From: Lepidodermella squamata
Taxonomy: Eukaryota > Animalia > Gastrotricha
Assembly (NCBI GenBank): GCA_047495785.1
Contig: JBLDXI010000032.1
Coordinates: 1,302,001 to 1,366,000 of the forward strand
Direction of reading: 5' to 3'
Length of the DNA: 64,000 bases
Shown here piece after piece: positions 1 to 12,226 of the stretch; position 1 is the first letter of the stretch, and each line of letters opens with the position of its first letter. Position numbers and translations under genes: made by a program. The notes under the pieces are model-generated. The model saw only the letters and a program-made list of their open reading frames with translations. It had not been told where the DNA came from and searched no databases.

Positions 1-348
1 CTGTTGTGAATAAATATTGCGAATAAATTTACACAGGTCGTGAAAAAGGAGAAAAGGACGTGTGAATCTGACCCAAAAATACAAATATTTGCCCAATTTA
101 AATTACCCTTTAATACACTGATTTTTGTATATTCTGGACCACTATCGCGCCACCATAATCAGTCCGAGATGCGCAAGTCCTGACTATAAAATTATCGCCA
201 AGTACACAAATTCGCCAGCTATATTCGTGTTCCATAGACTCATTCACCTTAATCCGCCCCTTAACGCGAAAGATCGCACTTGAATGGTGAGGAACTTCGA
301 TCCGAACTCGGGCACTCCTGACTGGGAAGGCCGTGTCGGCGTTTTTCT

Positions 349-711
349 TCACGATGTTTTTGAAACCAACAGCTGAGAATAACGGGCAATCTGTTTTACG
401 ATATTCCCATTCACATCAGCACCTTTCTGAACCAAATACTTGACATCATCGAGCTGCCACTCCGATAGGACGCGCCCCTTCATTGGCAGCGGCGTCGATA
501 ATAGCACCATTTTCAGGCAGAATCTTGACAACATCTAAATAGCCATAAGATGCCGCGAGGTGTTTTCCCGTGATCTATTCTCGCATTGACGGCAGCTTTA
601 ATTTTGACCAAGTATTCCAGAACATCAACATGCCTTCTCTCTACACCACTGAATAACGATTTTCCTCCCCGTTCTCTTCCAGATAAATTCGCACCACGCC
701 CAACCAACAAT
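349..711 (-). pseudogene. Degenerate, frameshifted ankyrin-repeat coding fragment
   Basis: Two overlapping ORFs in different frames carry ankyrin motifs: LVGRGANL, HVDVLEYLVKIKAAVNARIDHGKTP, and LDDVKYLVQKGADVN. No continuous frame. Confidence 0.6.
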
Positions 712-1051
712 CTTGGTGAAAATTACTTAAAACTTAATTACTTTACTTCCATGAGGGGTCACTTTGAGACATTAAGGGATCCAAAGCAGAACGTGAGGTC
801 CGGCTGTAAATGATTCCAGCTTATCTGACGCATAGATAATTCAGCAAATAATGATCTTCGGTCTTTTCGATATTTAAACACCACATACATCCTAATTGAA
901 CATCTGCTTTCCTTTAATGTCACACATTTGATGTCACAGCTTTGTTGGCAGTGTAAGCAGTAAGAAGAGTTGCAACGTTTGTTTCAAAAAGTTGCATGTT
1001 AGCTCTAAAGTCTCTTCGCAAACTGAATATTTACTTCTATCACGAAAATTT

Positions 1052-3945
1052 ATGGTTGCATCGAAGTATCTGTCGCTTTGCGCCTTAGCAGCACTGGTTC
1101 TTCATTTGTGCAAAGGTGATTTTCAGCTTGATTTGCTAACTACTACTTGCCCAGGGAAAGATGTGATATTATCATCCCAGGCAAATTTTGAATCTTTCAG
1201 CAAGGGCTAATGCAATGTAACCAAATTAAAACGGCCCAACATTCTATGCTATTTTGCTATTCCTCACTGTTACTCCACGAATACACGCATTTTTATACCC
1301 CTAGGTCGACTGCAATCAAAGCGAGCTGCAAACGTCGAGGTTCCAACGTATGATTGCTCAAAATCCGGCGATGTAGAGGTCACGATCGGCGAACAAGTGA
1401 ACAAGCGTGCTCTACTGGTCGCGCATTATAGTGAAATGGAACTGGCTCTCAACTGCACATTCAGGGTGATAACTTCCGCCGAAGGCACTGCTATTTATTT
1501 CCGCCTGAAAGAATTTTTCTCATCGAGTGATCATTGCGAAAATGCTTCTGTTAAGCTGTTTGACGTCGAGTCCGATGAAATTGCGCTTCTCATCAATACT
1601 TATTGCGAAACACCAACGGAAAATAGCGTCAAAGCCTTCTCCACAAAATATGGCGCCCTTACGATTGAAATTCTCGCACTATCTAACGAAACCTTAGCCT
1701 TCGAAGCTGAAGTCTTCCAGATCCCGGCAAATTGCAGTTTCTTCTGTCCGGCCGACGCGAAATGCATTGATGCGGAGAAACGTTGCGACAATCACACAGA
1801 CTGCTTGGATGCCTTTGACGAAGAAGGCTGCGACCTTGATTCAAGTTACGTAGTCGATATTGTTGGGGACCTTTCTGCTAACGATTCTGCTGATTATATT
1901 GCTGCTGATCACGGTAACGGAGACGCCGATGCACCAGTGGTGATCGACCGATCCTACAAGTCTGCAAAAGCCAGCTATTCGCGTTGCGGGTCGCTGTTCA
2001 ATCAAACCGGCATGAAGGGCACTTTCTCTAGCTTATATTACCCGTCCCGGTACGGACGTCGCATCGACTGCTCGTGGGAGATCAACGCAGCTAAGGATCA
2101 CATTTTGATTAGCTTCGACCCTTTGTTCGATATCAATCCTTGCGCAAACATGTTGTTGGAAATGTATGCGCGCAGTGAGAACGGCGAAGAAAAGTTGGCG
2201 AAAAAATTGTGCGGCATGAAAGCACCCATAACATTCGCTATCAAGGCCAATCGTGCTCGCGCCCAGTTCACGTCGGATGGTTACAGCAGTGGCATTGGCT
2301 TCCGCCTTCATTGGACTGCTATTACCGCTGATGAGCTAGGTAAAGTTTCCCAAGTCTACTTTGCACTTCTTTGCGTCGTTGTTAAAGCTCACCTTGCTGA
2401 GTCTACCTATAAAATTGCATGATATTAACGTCAAATTTCTATATTCCACACTTACCTGCAAAACAATGTACAAATAGCTTGACTGCAATATTTTTATGTA
2501 AATATAGCTTCGCTGGTGAAACCCCAACCGATCGTAGGTCCCACCGGCGGCCGCGGGCTAATCTTCCTGAAAAGTGCTGCTTGTCGCCCAAATACTCGAG
2601 GTCAGGTGCTGACCAATCGAACTGGTGTCTTCGGTTCACCTCGCTTTCAAAACGGCGGAAAGTACACATACAGCACCAACTGCATTTGGATCATCAACGG
2701 CGCTGCCGATCAGCGGATTGTTCTACTGTTCTCCGAATTCGCGCTGGAAAACTCGGCCGACTGCACTTTCGACTACGTCACCATCCACGATGGTAACAAT
2801 CTCGTCGGCAAGTATTGCGGCAAGGCATCCATTCCGCCACTTCGATCGAAGACCGACATTGTAACGATCGAATTTGTTAGCAACGACAAAATCGAATATG
2901 GGGTAATCAATATTGCTCGAATTGAAAACAAGAATGGCTTAGAATCATTGAAATTTAAAGTTACCAAAGACACTTGATATATTGCCTTCGAATTTGCCTT
3001 TCGATTTTTTTCAATTTTAATTCTCATATCTGAATTGAAGTTTTACAAGGATATTTTTGAATTTTTAATATTTGGTTGTAAAGCGGGAAAAATCATTAAA
3101 TAATTTTCCAACCTTCAGCCGTTGTGGATCGTTGTGGATGTATTATTGAATCTCTGAATGCTGAGGCTGAAAATTGTGTAATTATAGGGTTTTCGCGCTT
3201 TCTACCGCATGTCGGATGATAAAGACGACGGTTACGGTTTCCGCCGACATTTGACTGATTCAGGTATGAAAAGCCACTTTCCATTGCATCTCACATTCAA
3301 ACGTAATAGGTTTCGAGAGTTCACCGAAGTGGCTCAGCTGAGTTATAGTTATGATTAACAGCAGTCAACGTGATATTAATTCGCCAAACTTGTTTTTTTC
3401 ATAAAGAATATAGCTTCCGAGAACCAAGTGATGCCAATCTACCATTCGACTGCTTTAAAGCCAAACTAGTCGAAGTCAACCTAAAGATTGATAGTGAATC
3501 GACTAAACACGCTCGACTGATTGCTACCCACACGAACGCCGACTCTGAGCACAAGTGCGCGTTCAAAATCAGTGTTTCGAATGATCATTCCAGTAGCTTG
3601 ATCTACTTCCGCCTCAGAACGTTGAAAATGTCTAGTGATTCTTGCGGCAAGTCGTCCGTCATGCTCTTCGACCTTGGAAACAGCGGAAGTAGAAGCTTCA
3701 TGTCATCCTATTGTGAATCAGTCTCGCCTGGTCAAGCTAGGCCGATTGTTGCGAAGAACGGGGCGTTGCTGGTACGCCTGGACGCTATGGCTAACGAGGA
3801 GTTGGCTTTTGAAGCCGATGTCTATCAGATTTCGCGGGATTGTGGCTTTTTCTGCGCAGAGAATGCGACTTGTATCTCAGCTGAAAAACGCTGCGACAAA
3901 CGAGCCGATTGCCTGGATGGAGCTGATGAACGGTTTTGTTTGTAA
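1052..3945 (+). CDS. Secreted CUB/LDLa multidomain protein (signal peptide, CUB-like, LDLa, CUB, CUB, CUB-like, LDLa), ~702 aa; paralogue of the next gene, no protease domain
   Basis: Exons 1052-1115, 1305-2339, 2508-2902, 3188-3263, 3407-3945 join in frame. Signal peptide MVASKYLSLCALAALVLHLCKG; LDLa CIDAEKRCDNHTDCLDAFDEEGC; CUB motifs YPSRY..CSWEI, FSEFALENSADCTFDYVTIHDG, GFRAFY. The last two joins are less certain. Confidence 0.8.
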
Positions 3946-4999
3946 CTTGAAATCTGACGAATAAACGGCTTGACGAAGTTTGTTTTTGCTTAATAAAATC
4001 GCGGAAACGTTGCATTCTGTTTTAAATTCATGAAAAAAACATTTTTTGTTGGTGACCGCATGACTCACGCTGATTCTCATTTCAACAATTGAGAAACAAA
4101 TTATTTTAGAAAATATTGAAGAGCAGTGGCGAATTTTAAAAAGCCTAATGCCGGACGGTAAGAAGGTGGCTTTAAGGTACGATTTTGTTCAGTCTCATGG
4201 AATCTATAATCAATCGGTTTGGCCATTGGACTAAGTACATTTTCGGCCACGCTAGTTTTTAAGGTTGTTAGTGAATTTTGGCGATATCAATATCCAATCG
4301 CCTTCAAAATAACCGATAAATTATAAATCTACACCTTTAAAGGAGTATTTTGAGCCCAAGAACTTCATGATTCGAGCAAGGGTTCAAGCTGTTCGCCATT
4401 AGTCAATCGATTGATCGATTATTGGCAAAATTTCATGGTGATATCGAATATTCTGCGCAGCAGAACTGACTTTCTAAGTTAATAAGCCATTGTTGATTGC
4501 GAATTTGAGAGCAACATTCAAGCCTGAAGTTTTGCTAGCAAGTTATCGAATGATTTCTACTTTATCGTTATCGGCAAAATCGGTCAATATTTCTGGGGCA
4601 GCGATATTTGAAAAACAGCAGGGATGAAGGGTTTTTGCATCAATTCATATATCTCTAATAATATTTCATTATTTTTAGAGAATAAATTTTGCTGCTGATC
4701 ATTGTGCGAATCAGATTTTTTTGTTTTGATTATAATTTAGTTATCACCTAGGTAGGGATTAACCTCCTCTTCTCTTTCTACAACTGTTAGCTAACAGCTA
4801 TAAAACAATGACTCGATTGACGGTGCAACAGCTTGGCAGCACACGAGTTTTGGCGGCTCGCGATCTCAGGGTGTTACAAGCCCGCGCGCGCGCGATTTAA
4901 CATCTCTCCAACTGAAAAATTCAAATTTCATAAATTATCAAACAGTTTAACTACATTTTTACCACTACAGTTTGTTGCTCTCGCACATTTTTTTTACAT

Positions 5000-7900
5000 A
5001 TGAAATTGTTTACAACCCTGCTGTGTGCCCTAGTGGCACTGGCTGTTCAATCATGCTACGGTAGGCAAACATTTTTTTTTATTTTTAAATTTTAGAAATA
5101 AAATCACGAAATCCTGGAAATCGTCGGAATATAATTTAAATTCAATTTGTTGCTTATTTTTCAGGCCGTCTTCACATGAAGCGAGCCATTAAGAACCCAG
5201 CATCTTACAGCTGCTCGAAATCCGGCGTTGCGGACGTCGTGATCGGCGAGCTGGCGCCTTTGGGAAAACGCGCTGTTTTAGTCTCGTCTTACTCGAAATC
5301 GAAACCCGGCCTCAACTGCACCTTCCGGGTGTTCTTCCCCGAGGAAGACCACACCGAAAGCGTCATCTATTTCCGCCTCAACACCTTCACCTCTTCGAGC
5401 AAAAAGTGCGAAAAGGCATCGGTTCGCCTGTTCGACGTAACCGATGAAGACAGGTCGCAAATCGATGCATTCTGCGAAACTAAACCCAAGAGCAGCTTGA
5501 AGGCCTACTCGTCGAAATACGGCGCCCTTCTGGTTGAAATTCACGCGCTGTCTAGCGAAACGCTAGCCTTCGAAGCCGAGGTCTTCCAAATCCCGGCTAA
5601 TTGCGGTTTCTTCTGCCCGGCCGATGCGAAATGCATCGACTCTGCGAAGCTTTGCGACGGCCGCAGCGACTGCTCTGATGGGTTCGACGAGAAGGGGTGC
5701 GGCGCCCATGGCACCCAGGGTGACTCGAATTACGTCACCGGTCAAGTTGGAGCGTTGTCGATCAACTACGGCAAGGAGATCAGCCAGTCGATCAGCGAGT
5801 TTGACCGATCGTCCACCTTGGAATTGGTCGACCCTGAGGAAGCTCCGGAGCACTCGATCCACATCGCCACGCCTCCTGAGGACGAGACTGCAGATCGAGG
5901 TTCCAACTACAACTCGGCCGCTGGCCAGTCCGGCTGCGGGTCGCTGTACAACCAAACCGGTATGAAGGGCAGCTTTTCCAGCTTCAACTACCCGTGCCCA
6001 TACGGACCTCGCCTGACCTGCTCGTGGGAGATTAATGTCCCGAAAGATCACGTGATCATGTTCGGCTTCAACCAGCAGTTCTACGTCGAGCCGAATAAGC
6101 AACCGGCGGCTGCAGGTGTCCTGCCGTGTAATGATCAGCTGAACCTGTACGTCAAGTCGGAGGAGACTGGCCAAGACCAGCTGGCGAAGACGGTGTGCGG
6201 CAACAAAGCACCTGCCAATTTCTTCGTCAAGACAAACCGAGTTCGTGTCGAGTTCAAATCGGACGATAATGACGACGGTTACGGATTCCGTCTTCATTGG
6301 ACTGCTTTGACCACTGAACAATTAGGTAAAAATTATTTTAGTGTTTAACGTCTCGCTCCTTAACATTTTTGAGGTCAAATTTCCGGAATTATGAACAAAT
6401 TAAATTTTTTAATTTTTTCTAGTTCCAGAGTGAGGCCTTCAGGAATGCGGCAAATTTCTTTATTTTTTCAAAAATCAAAATTATTAAGGATGATTTTTAA
6501 TTTTTCCATAATTTTGAGCGCATTATTTCAGAAATTTTGCAACTTTGCGTAAACCTGAAAAAAAATCGGAATATTATTTAGCATCTAGGCCAAAGATATT
6601 TTGAGCCTGGGAGTTTTTCGGGTTCGCGTCAGTCTAATGCATTTTATTTTAAACAATAAAATTAATCGAATAAATCAATCATGCGGAAAAAAACGATAAT
6701 TGGCGACTGTTTCATTAATTTTATTAAATTAAATTATTTCTAGCTGCGTTGATGAAAAGGCCAACGATCTCGGCTACTGCTGCGCCGACTCTTGAAGGCA
6801 GCGGCCGGCTTCTCGCCAGCCGCAAGCCGATCGTCCTGAAAACCTCTGCCTGTGCGCCTGGAACTCGTGGCCAGCACCTGGCCGGCCGAACTGGTCTCCT
6901 CGGCTCGCCCCGCTTCAAGGACGGCAACTACACCTACGGCGCCAACTGCACATGGATCATCAGCGGCGCGGCTGATCAGCGGATTGTTCTATTCTTCTCG
7001 GAATTCGCGCTGGAAGACTCGACCGAGTGCAATTTCGACTATGTTGACATCTACGACGGCAGCGATCTTGTTGGCAAGTACTGCGGCAAAGCCTTCGTAC
7101 CGCCATACAGATCGAAAACCAACAAAGTCACCATCAACTTTGTCACCGACAACAAAATCGAAGATACGGTGAGTAGAAACGAAAATTTCGAAATTCATGT
7201 ATAATTTTTAGCGAATGAATTGATTTAGGATTATTATTTCAAATTTGAAAAAGGTTCCCCAAGTGAACACCCTACATTTAAGGTTCAAGGTTCCAGAACT
7301 AAAGTTCTCTAATTTGATGGGTTCCCAGTTATCCTGTGGTTTTAATTTCTAGAATTACCGAAAGAAAAAATCACAAGTATAAAAATCGAGTGCTGGAATT
7401 AGTTCTGGAACCTAAATTTTATATTCAAAATATTAGGAATCATCAAAATAAAAATTGAAAAAATGAAGAATGCTGGTTTTTTTTACTTTAAATTTTTTGA
7501 TTTTTCAATATCGAACTTTTCCTTTCAGAAATTCAAGAAATAAAATGCAACAGCATCAAAAATATGTACGGAAATTTAGCTGTGGAACCTTGAATTTAAG
7601 GTGTTCACTAGGGTTCAAGGTTCACTGAACCCTTTTAAATTTGGCAATTTAATAGGTTTTATTCCTTCTCAGTCCTTAGTTCTAACTTAAAACCGATGCC
7701 TTCTAATTTCAGGGATTCCGCGCCTACTACCACATTTTGAAGCCTGAAGATATCAACGATAAGGCGAATCGCGCCAAGCCGAAGTACACCTCCCTCGATG
7801 AAGACTGTGAGACTCGTTTCGGCCGCATTCTCGTTAATGATAAAACCGATGTAACCGCCGCTGCTGCTACCGCCTCGCCCGCCGTAGTCGAATCTCAAAC

Positions 7901-9350
7901 AACCACCAGCGCCAATGCTGTCACCACACCTGCCGAGTCTACCCGCCCGGCGCCCTCGACAATCTCAGTTGCGGATAAAGACTACGATACCGATAGCGAT
8001 GTTCGAAGCTTGGTGCCTAAAAAGGTGAATAAGAAGCCGAAGATTATTCGCCAATCGCTCGCCAAGTGTGGCCATGTGTCCGGCAAGGCGTGGGCGGCGT
8101 CGTTCGATGGCACGTGCCACGGTGCGTTGATTCACAAGCGATGGCTGCTGGCGACCACCAACTGCATGGCCATCCCTGCGGCTGGTTCGGCTGGCGATCA
8201 AGTCGAGTTCGATAACGTAGTCGACTGGGTTTCGAACAAGTCCATTGGTACTGTCAGCGCGATGTCTGTCATGGACTTCAAGTTCCGCGAGGCTGAACAC
8301 AAGGTTCACATTTTTGCAAAATAAAAATTAAATAAAAAATTGAAATTTTGAAAAAATTCAATTTTTTTAAATTCAAATTCCAAATTTGAACAATTTTAAA
8401 ATTTTAACTTTTTAATTTTAATTTAGGAATGATTTAATTTAGAATTATTCAATTTGAATTTTTTATTTTTTACCCGATTTTTATACAGGCAAAGGCCGTG
8501 TCCCGCTTTACTGGAATGACCCTTGTTCAACTTGCGAAACCAGTTGAGGATGCTCAAACATCGCCGGGCGTCGTCTGTCTGCCATCTGACAACGGTGACG
8601 ATGATACTCCGGACGGTGCCTGCGAATTCCCGATGGCGCCATCTCTCACGAAACGCTATCACCACCTTTACGAAAAGTCCAAGTTGTCCGACGATGCCTG
8701 CAACCTTATTCTGCTATCGGCCAAGGGCGCTAAAATCGCGGCTGAACGAACTCACATGTTCGAGTGCTTCCTGGCCCAGGACGTCGATGCTGGCGTCGAA
8801 GTTTCGAGCAATACCGACAAGTTCGCCGTGCAAAAGCAGTACTGCGAGGTGCCGAACAAGTCGCGCTATCGCAATTTGTTCGACGAGTTTCCGCTCAAGT
8901 ACTGCAAGAACTACCAGGAGGCGTGGACTATTAACGGCATTCTTGTTCAAGTTCTGACGTCGAATCCGATCAAATGCGGCGTTTTCGACGAGGCTGGCTC
9001 GGCTGGCATCGATGCCGCTACCACAAAGACCGACAACCACCAAATTATCGCGGTAATTTATTTCCTATTTTTCCTAAATTAATCCTAATTTTTCCAATAA
9101 TTTAAAATATTTTTTAATTTTGTAAAATAATTAATCAATTAGTTAAAAAAATTATTAATTAAATTATTAGAATAAATAATTAATTAAAAAAAATTATTAA
9201 TTAAATCATGAAAAATTAACGAATTTTCTTGAAATTTTGAATTTTTCCCAGGTCTATGTTCGCGTGTCCCACTTTTTCGAATGGATCTTCACTTCGACCG
9301 GCAACGCAGCGGATTCGAGCAGCTCAACTCTCAAGTTCGAAGAATTGTAA
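5000..9350 (+). CDS. Secreted CUB-LDLa-CUB-CUB protein with C-terminal non-catalytic trypsin-like (S1A homologue) domain, ~966 aa
   Basis: Exons 5000-5060, 5165-6325, 6744-7168, 7713-8303, 8489-9052, 9252-9350 join in frame with GT-AG sites. Protease fold motifs: CHGALIHKRWLLATTNC, GMTLVQLAKPV, VVCLP, WTINGI, VYVRVSHFFEWI. Confidence 0.88.
7262..7609. mobile_element. MITE-like element with imperfect terminal inverted repeats in intron 3 of the protease-homologue gene
   Basis: AGTGAACACC...TTCAAGGTTCCA at 7262 versus TGGAACCTTGAATTTAAGGTGTTCACT ending at 7609. Confidence 0.5.
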
Positions 9351-9784
9351 CTATTTCACATCATTTTGAACAGCTTTTTGTATGGCCAATCGATAGCCGC
9401 ATTATCATTATTATATTATGAAATCAACTTGTTATCCACACACGGCTGCATATAATGAAAAAATAAACAACGAATTTTATGAAGTTCGCGCATTGTTCTA
9501 ATAATATATTGATCGGTTGCGAAATCAGCGAAAAAATCGACCGGCGCATGATTTAGCAGTACACACTGGTTGTGAGCAATGAAAATATATGGCCAGTGAT
9601 TAATAATTAACCAGAGTCACCCGCCGCTCAAGTGGATATTCGCGCTTTCGAAAACAATGCAAAAAATTAACGATCGATCGCCAATTCTCGGCTATTGTGG
9701 CCGCTCTACAGACGACACTTGATACTTCGGGTTTATTTACGCCATCGCAAAATTCGATATATACCATAATATAATATTTTTTTC

Positions 9785-12226
9785 ATGGCTCCTGCAAGAC
9801 GGCGATCTTTAGTGAGATTTGCGGCTATTCTCTGTGCCGTAGCTTTTTTAATCACCCTATTGAGGCTGTACCATTTAGAGGTACGAGCGCAGTACCGCCT
9901 TAAAATCGCCACGCTTCGCCGCTATTGGAACGCACTGACCGTGAACGAGGCGCAGGGTGCGCGCATGAAGCGCACAATTGACAAATGCTCGCGATGGCTC
10001 ATCTCCGAGGCAATCGACAAACCATCGCGGCGATTCGAGCGGCATTTCAATGACTCACCGCCGGTTACAATCGGCGGGGCACAGACGGCAGAACCGATGA
10101 AAGTGCCGTGTTCAGTCGCGTGTGTCCACCTTAACACGAAATCAGACCCGCAATTAGACGCGAGTATCGAATTTTTACGCCTAGCAGACCGGCGGAGGAT
10201 GAAAATTTTCTCGATAATTCGAACCATGGAATCGGCGACTAGCATGCCGTCCAGCTCGTTCGACACCGCGAAACAGACGTACGATATAGTAATGACCCCA
10301 AATTTGCGATCCCACGTCCCTGTTCCTTATTACTCGTGGGTGACTTATAACTTTATGGAGCCGGTCGAACTGCCCAAGCCGCAGTTGTTCGAACTCGCCT
10401 CAGCCTTCATTTCAAACTGCATCGCGGCAAGTTTCCGACTTCAAGCTATTGAGCTTTTCCAGTCGAAATACGCCGACAATTTCACGGTTGACTTCCGTGG
10501 GAAATGCGGGAAATCTAAAGAGCGTGCCAATTCTAACAAGGCTGAGGTGATGCGGCGATACAAATTTCACTTCGCTTTCGAAAATTCCGAGGAGGAAGAT
10601 TACGTGACTGAGAAATACTTCGGAGCCCTAGTCGAGGGGGTGGTTCCAGTCGTTATCGGCGCGCCAAATATCGCGGATTTCGCTCCGGCTAATGACTCGA
10701 TTTTAGCTATTAGGTCGATAGATTCCGTGCCGGAAATTGCTGAAAGAATGATTGAGCTAGATAACGATGACGAGGCTTACGAGCAAATGCTTCGATGGAA
10801 ATTTGCTGGACCTTCAGACCAATTCAAAGCTCTAGTTGACCTGGCTGTGGTTCATTCATCTTGTCGATTATGCATTCATGTCGCTGATCGAATTCGGCTG
10901 GATCAGGAGTGTCGGCTATTCGGCCGCCAGCATGATTCTAGTTGCTTGGACAGCGATTATTTGGATGATAATGATGACGAAAATTTGATAGCCATGCTTG
11001 AGCAGGGTATCAGCAGAAATGCGTCAGTTTTGCCGCCTGAGGATATTGATGGTGAACGAGTTGCAACTACGCCATCAGTTGAACCTATGCAAAGGCCGTG
11101 TAAATGTCGCGTTGACACTGGCGTGGATGGCGAAGAAAAATTCGACCTTCACCTTTTCAGAGTTCGAGAGGTGAGTTCGAAAAGTTTTACAGGGATTTGC
11201 ACCCTAAATCCTAACTGTATTGGTTCCAATATTAAATTAGAGGCTTCAGAGTTTCTCGGTTTCATTAGAATCTGAACATTTTCATTATCATGCCTAATCG
11301 ATGAATCCTATATTAGGATGAGCGGTCAGTTTCCAAGCCGTACTTTAACCTGCAGGCCGATATCGATTACAATATCGATTCCAAGTATCGATTTTACAAA
11401 TCAGTGATTTTTTTCGATAACAGAAGTTTCGGAAGTCATTATTTAAAATATTTCCACGTAAATGATGGAGCCAGGTAGCTAAAATAAAAATCCCTGGGTC
11501 ATGGGGGCATAATTATCGACCAATAAAAGAATCGGAACATTTTAGTGACTCCTCAATGTTGCGGGAAAGTTTTTGTAAGTGGATCAGCGTTGCTTTAGAA
11601 ATTTGGAATTTTTTCATCTTGGGTGGATTCATTTTTCCAAAAATAAGGCACGGCTACATAATTTTTAGCCGTTTTCTTATCTGTTCAGTCAATCTTTTCA
11701 GCCTTAAATCCATGGTTAGACTATTGTAAAATCACCAAACCAGAGTGCTCGAGTGGTTTAAGAGGTCAGACTTAAGATCTGATGGGAGTAATCCCGCGTG
11801 GGTTCGAACCCCACCTCTGGTATCAGCATTTTTTATATCGAGATTCCTATATTTTTTTCTAATTTTTTTCTGCAGCGTGGCCGTTTCGAATTTACTCCAG
11901 TCTTTCTCGACTCGCGATCACTAACAGTTCGATCTCTTCACGCTGCTATAATACGAAGTTTCCGAACTGCCGATCCTCACTTCCAACCAATATGGACTGC
12001 CGAACGAGACGATCGCGGCCGCCAAGTTTCGCCGCAAGAACAACATTCCTTAAACAGCACTACTGCCAAGTTGAAACCGCCCAAGCTGAAAATCTACCGC
12101 GTCTACCCTGTTGGAGCTAGCCAGCGCGCGGCTTTGTACGATGGTGCAGCTATCGACTCGGATAAAAAATTGCTTAATTTCATGAAATTTCGCCCATGCG
12201 GCCGGCTGGAGGTCATTTTCATCTGA
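9785..12226 (+). CDS. GT10 glycoprotein core alpha-1,3-fucosyltransferase, plant FucTA/B (FUT11/12)-type, ~578 aa, type II membrane protein
   Basis: Exons 9785-11170 and 11876-12226 (phase 0, GAG|gtgagt ... tgcag|CGT). N-terminal TM; GT10 motif YKFHFAFENSEEEDYVTEKYF; plant-type segments RTMESA, VPVPYYSW, AFISNC, WKFAGPSDQFKALVDLAVVHSSCRLCIH, RPCKC, VRERGRFE, KIYRVYPVG.SQR.ALY, LEVIFI*. Confidence 0.92.
11318..11510. repeat. Dispersed repeat family A, copy in the FucT intron
   Basis: ATGAGCGGTCAGTTT...CCTGCAG...TATCGATTCCAAGTATCGATTTTACAAATCAGTGATTTTT recurs at 25484-25570 and partly in reverse near 29445-29475. Confidence 0.7.
11739..11822 (+). tRNA. tRNA-Leu (anticodon TAA), inside the FucT intron
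   Basis: Acceptor stem ACCAGAG/CTCTGGT plus discriminator A; anticodon arm TCAGA-CT TAA GA-TCTGA; long variable arm GGGA-GTAA-TCCC; T-arm GTGGG-TTCGAAC-CCCAC; oligo-T Pol III terminator at ~11829. Confidence 0.95.

Noticed and set aside
748-780. Plus-strand SMRGHFETLR resembling an ankyrin helix next to minus-strand ankyrin repeats (micro-inversion)
   Set aside because: Ten residues is too short to distinguish from chance.
5278-9043. Long antisense ORFs such as 5563-6321
   Set aside because: Shadows of GC3-rich codons in the CUB gene exons.
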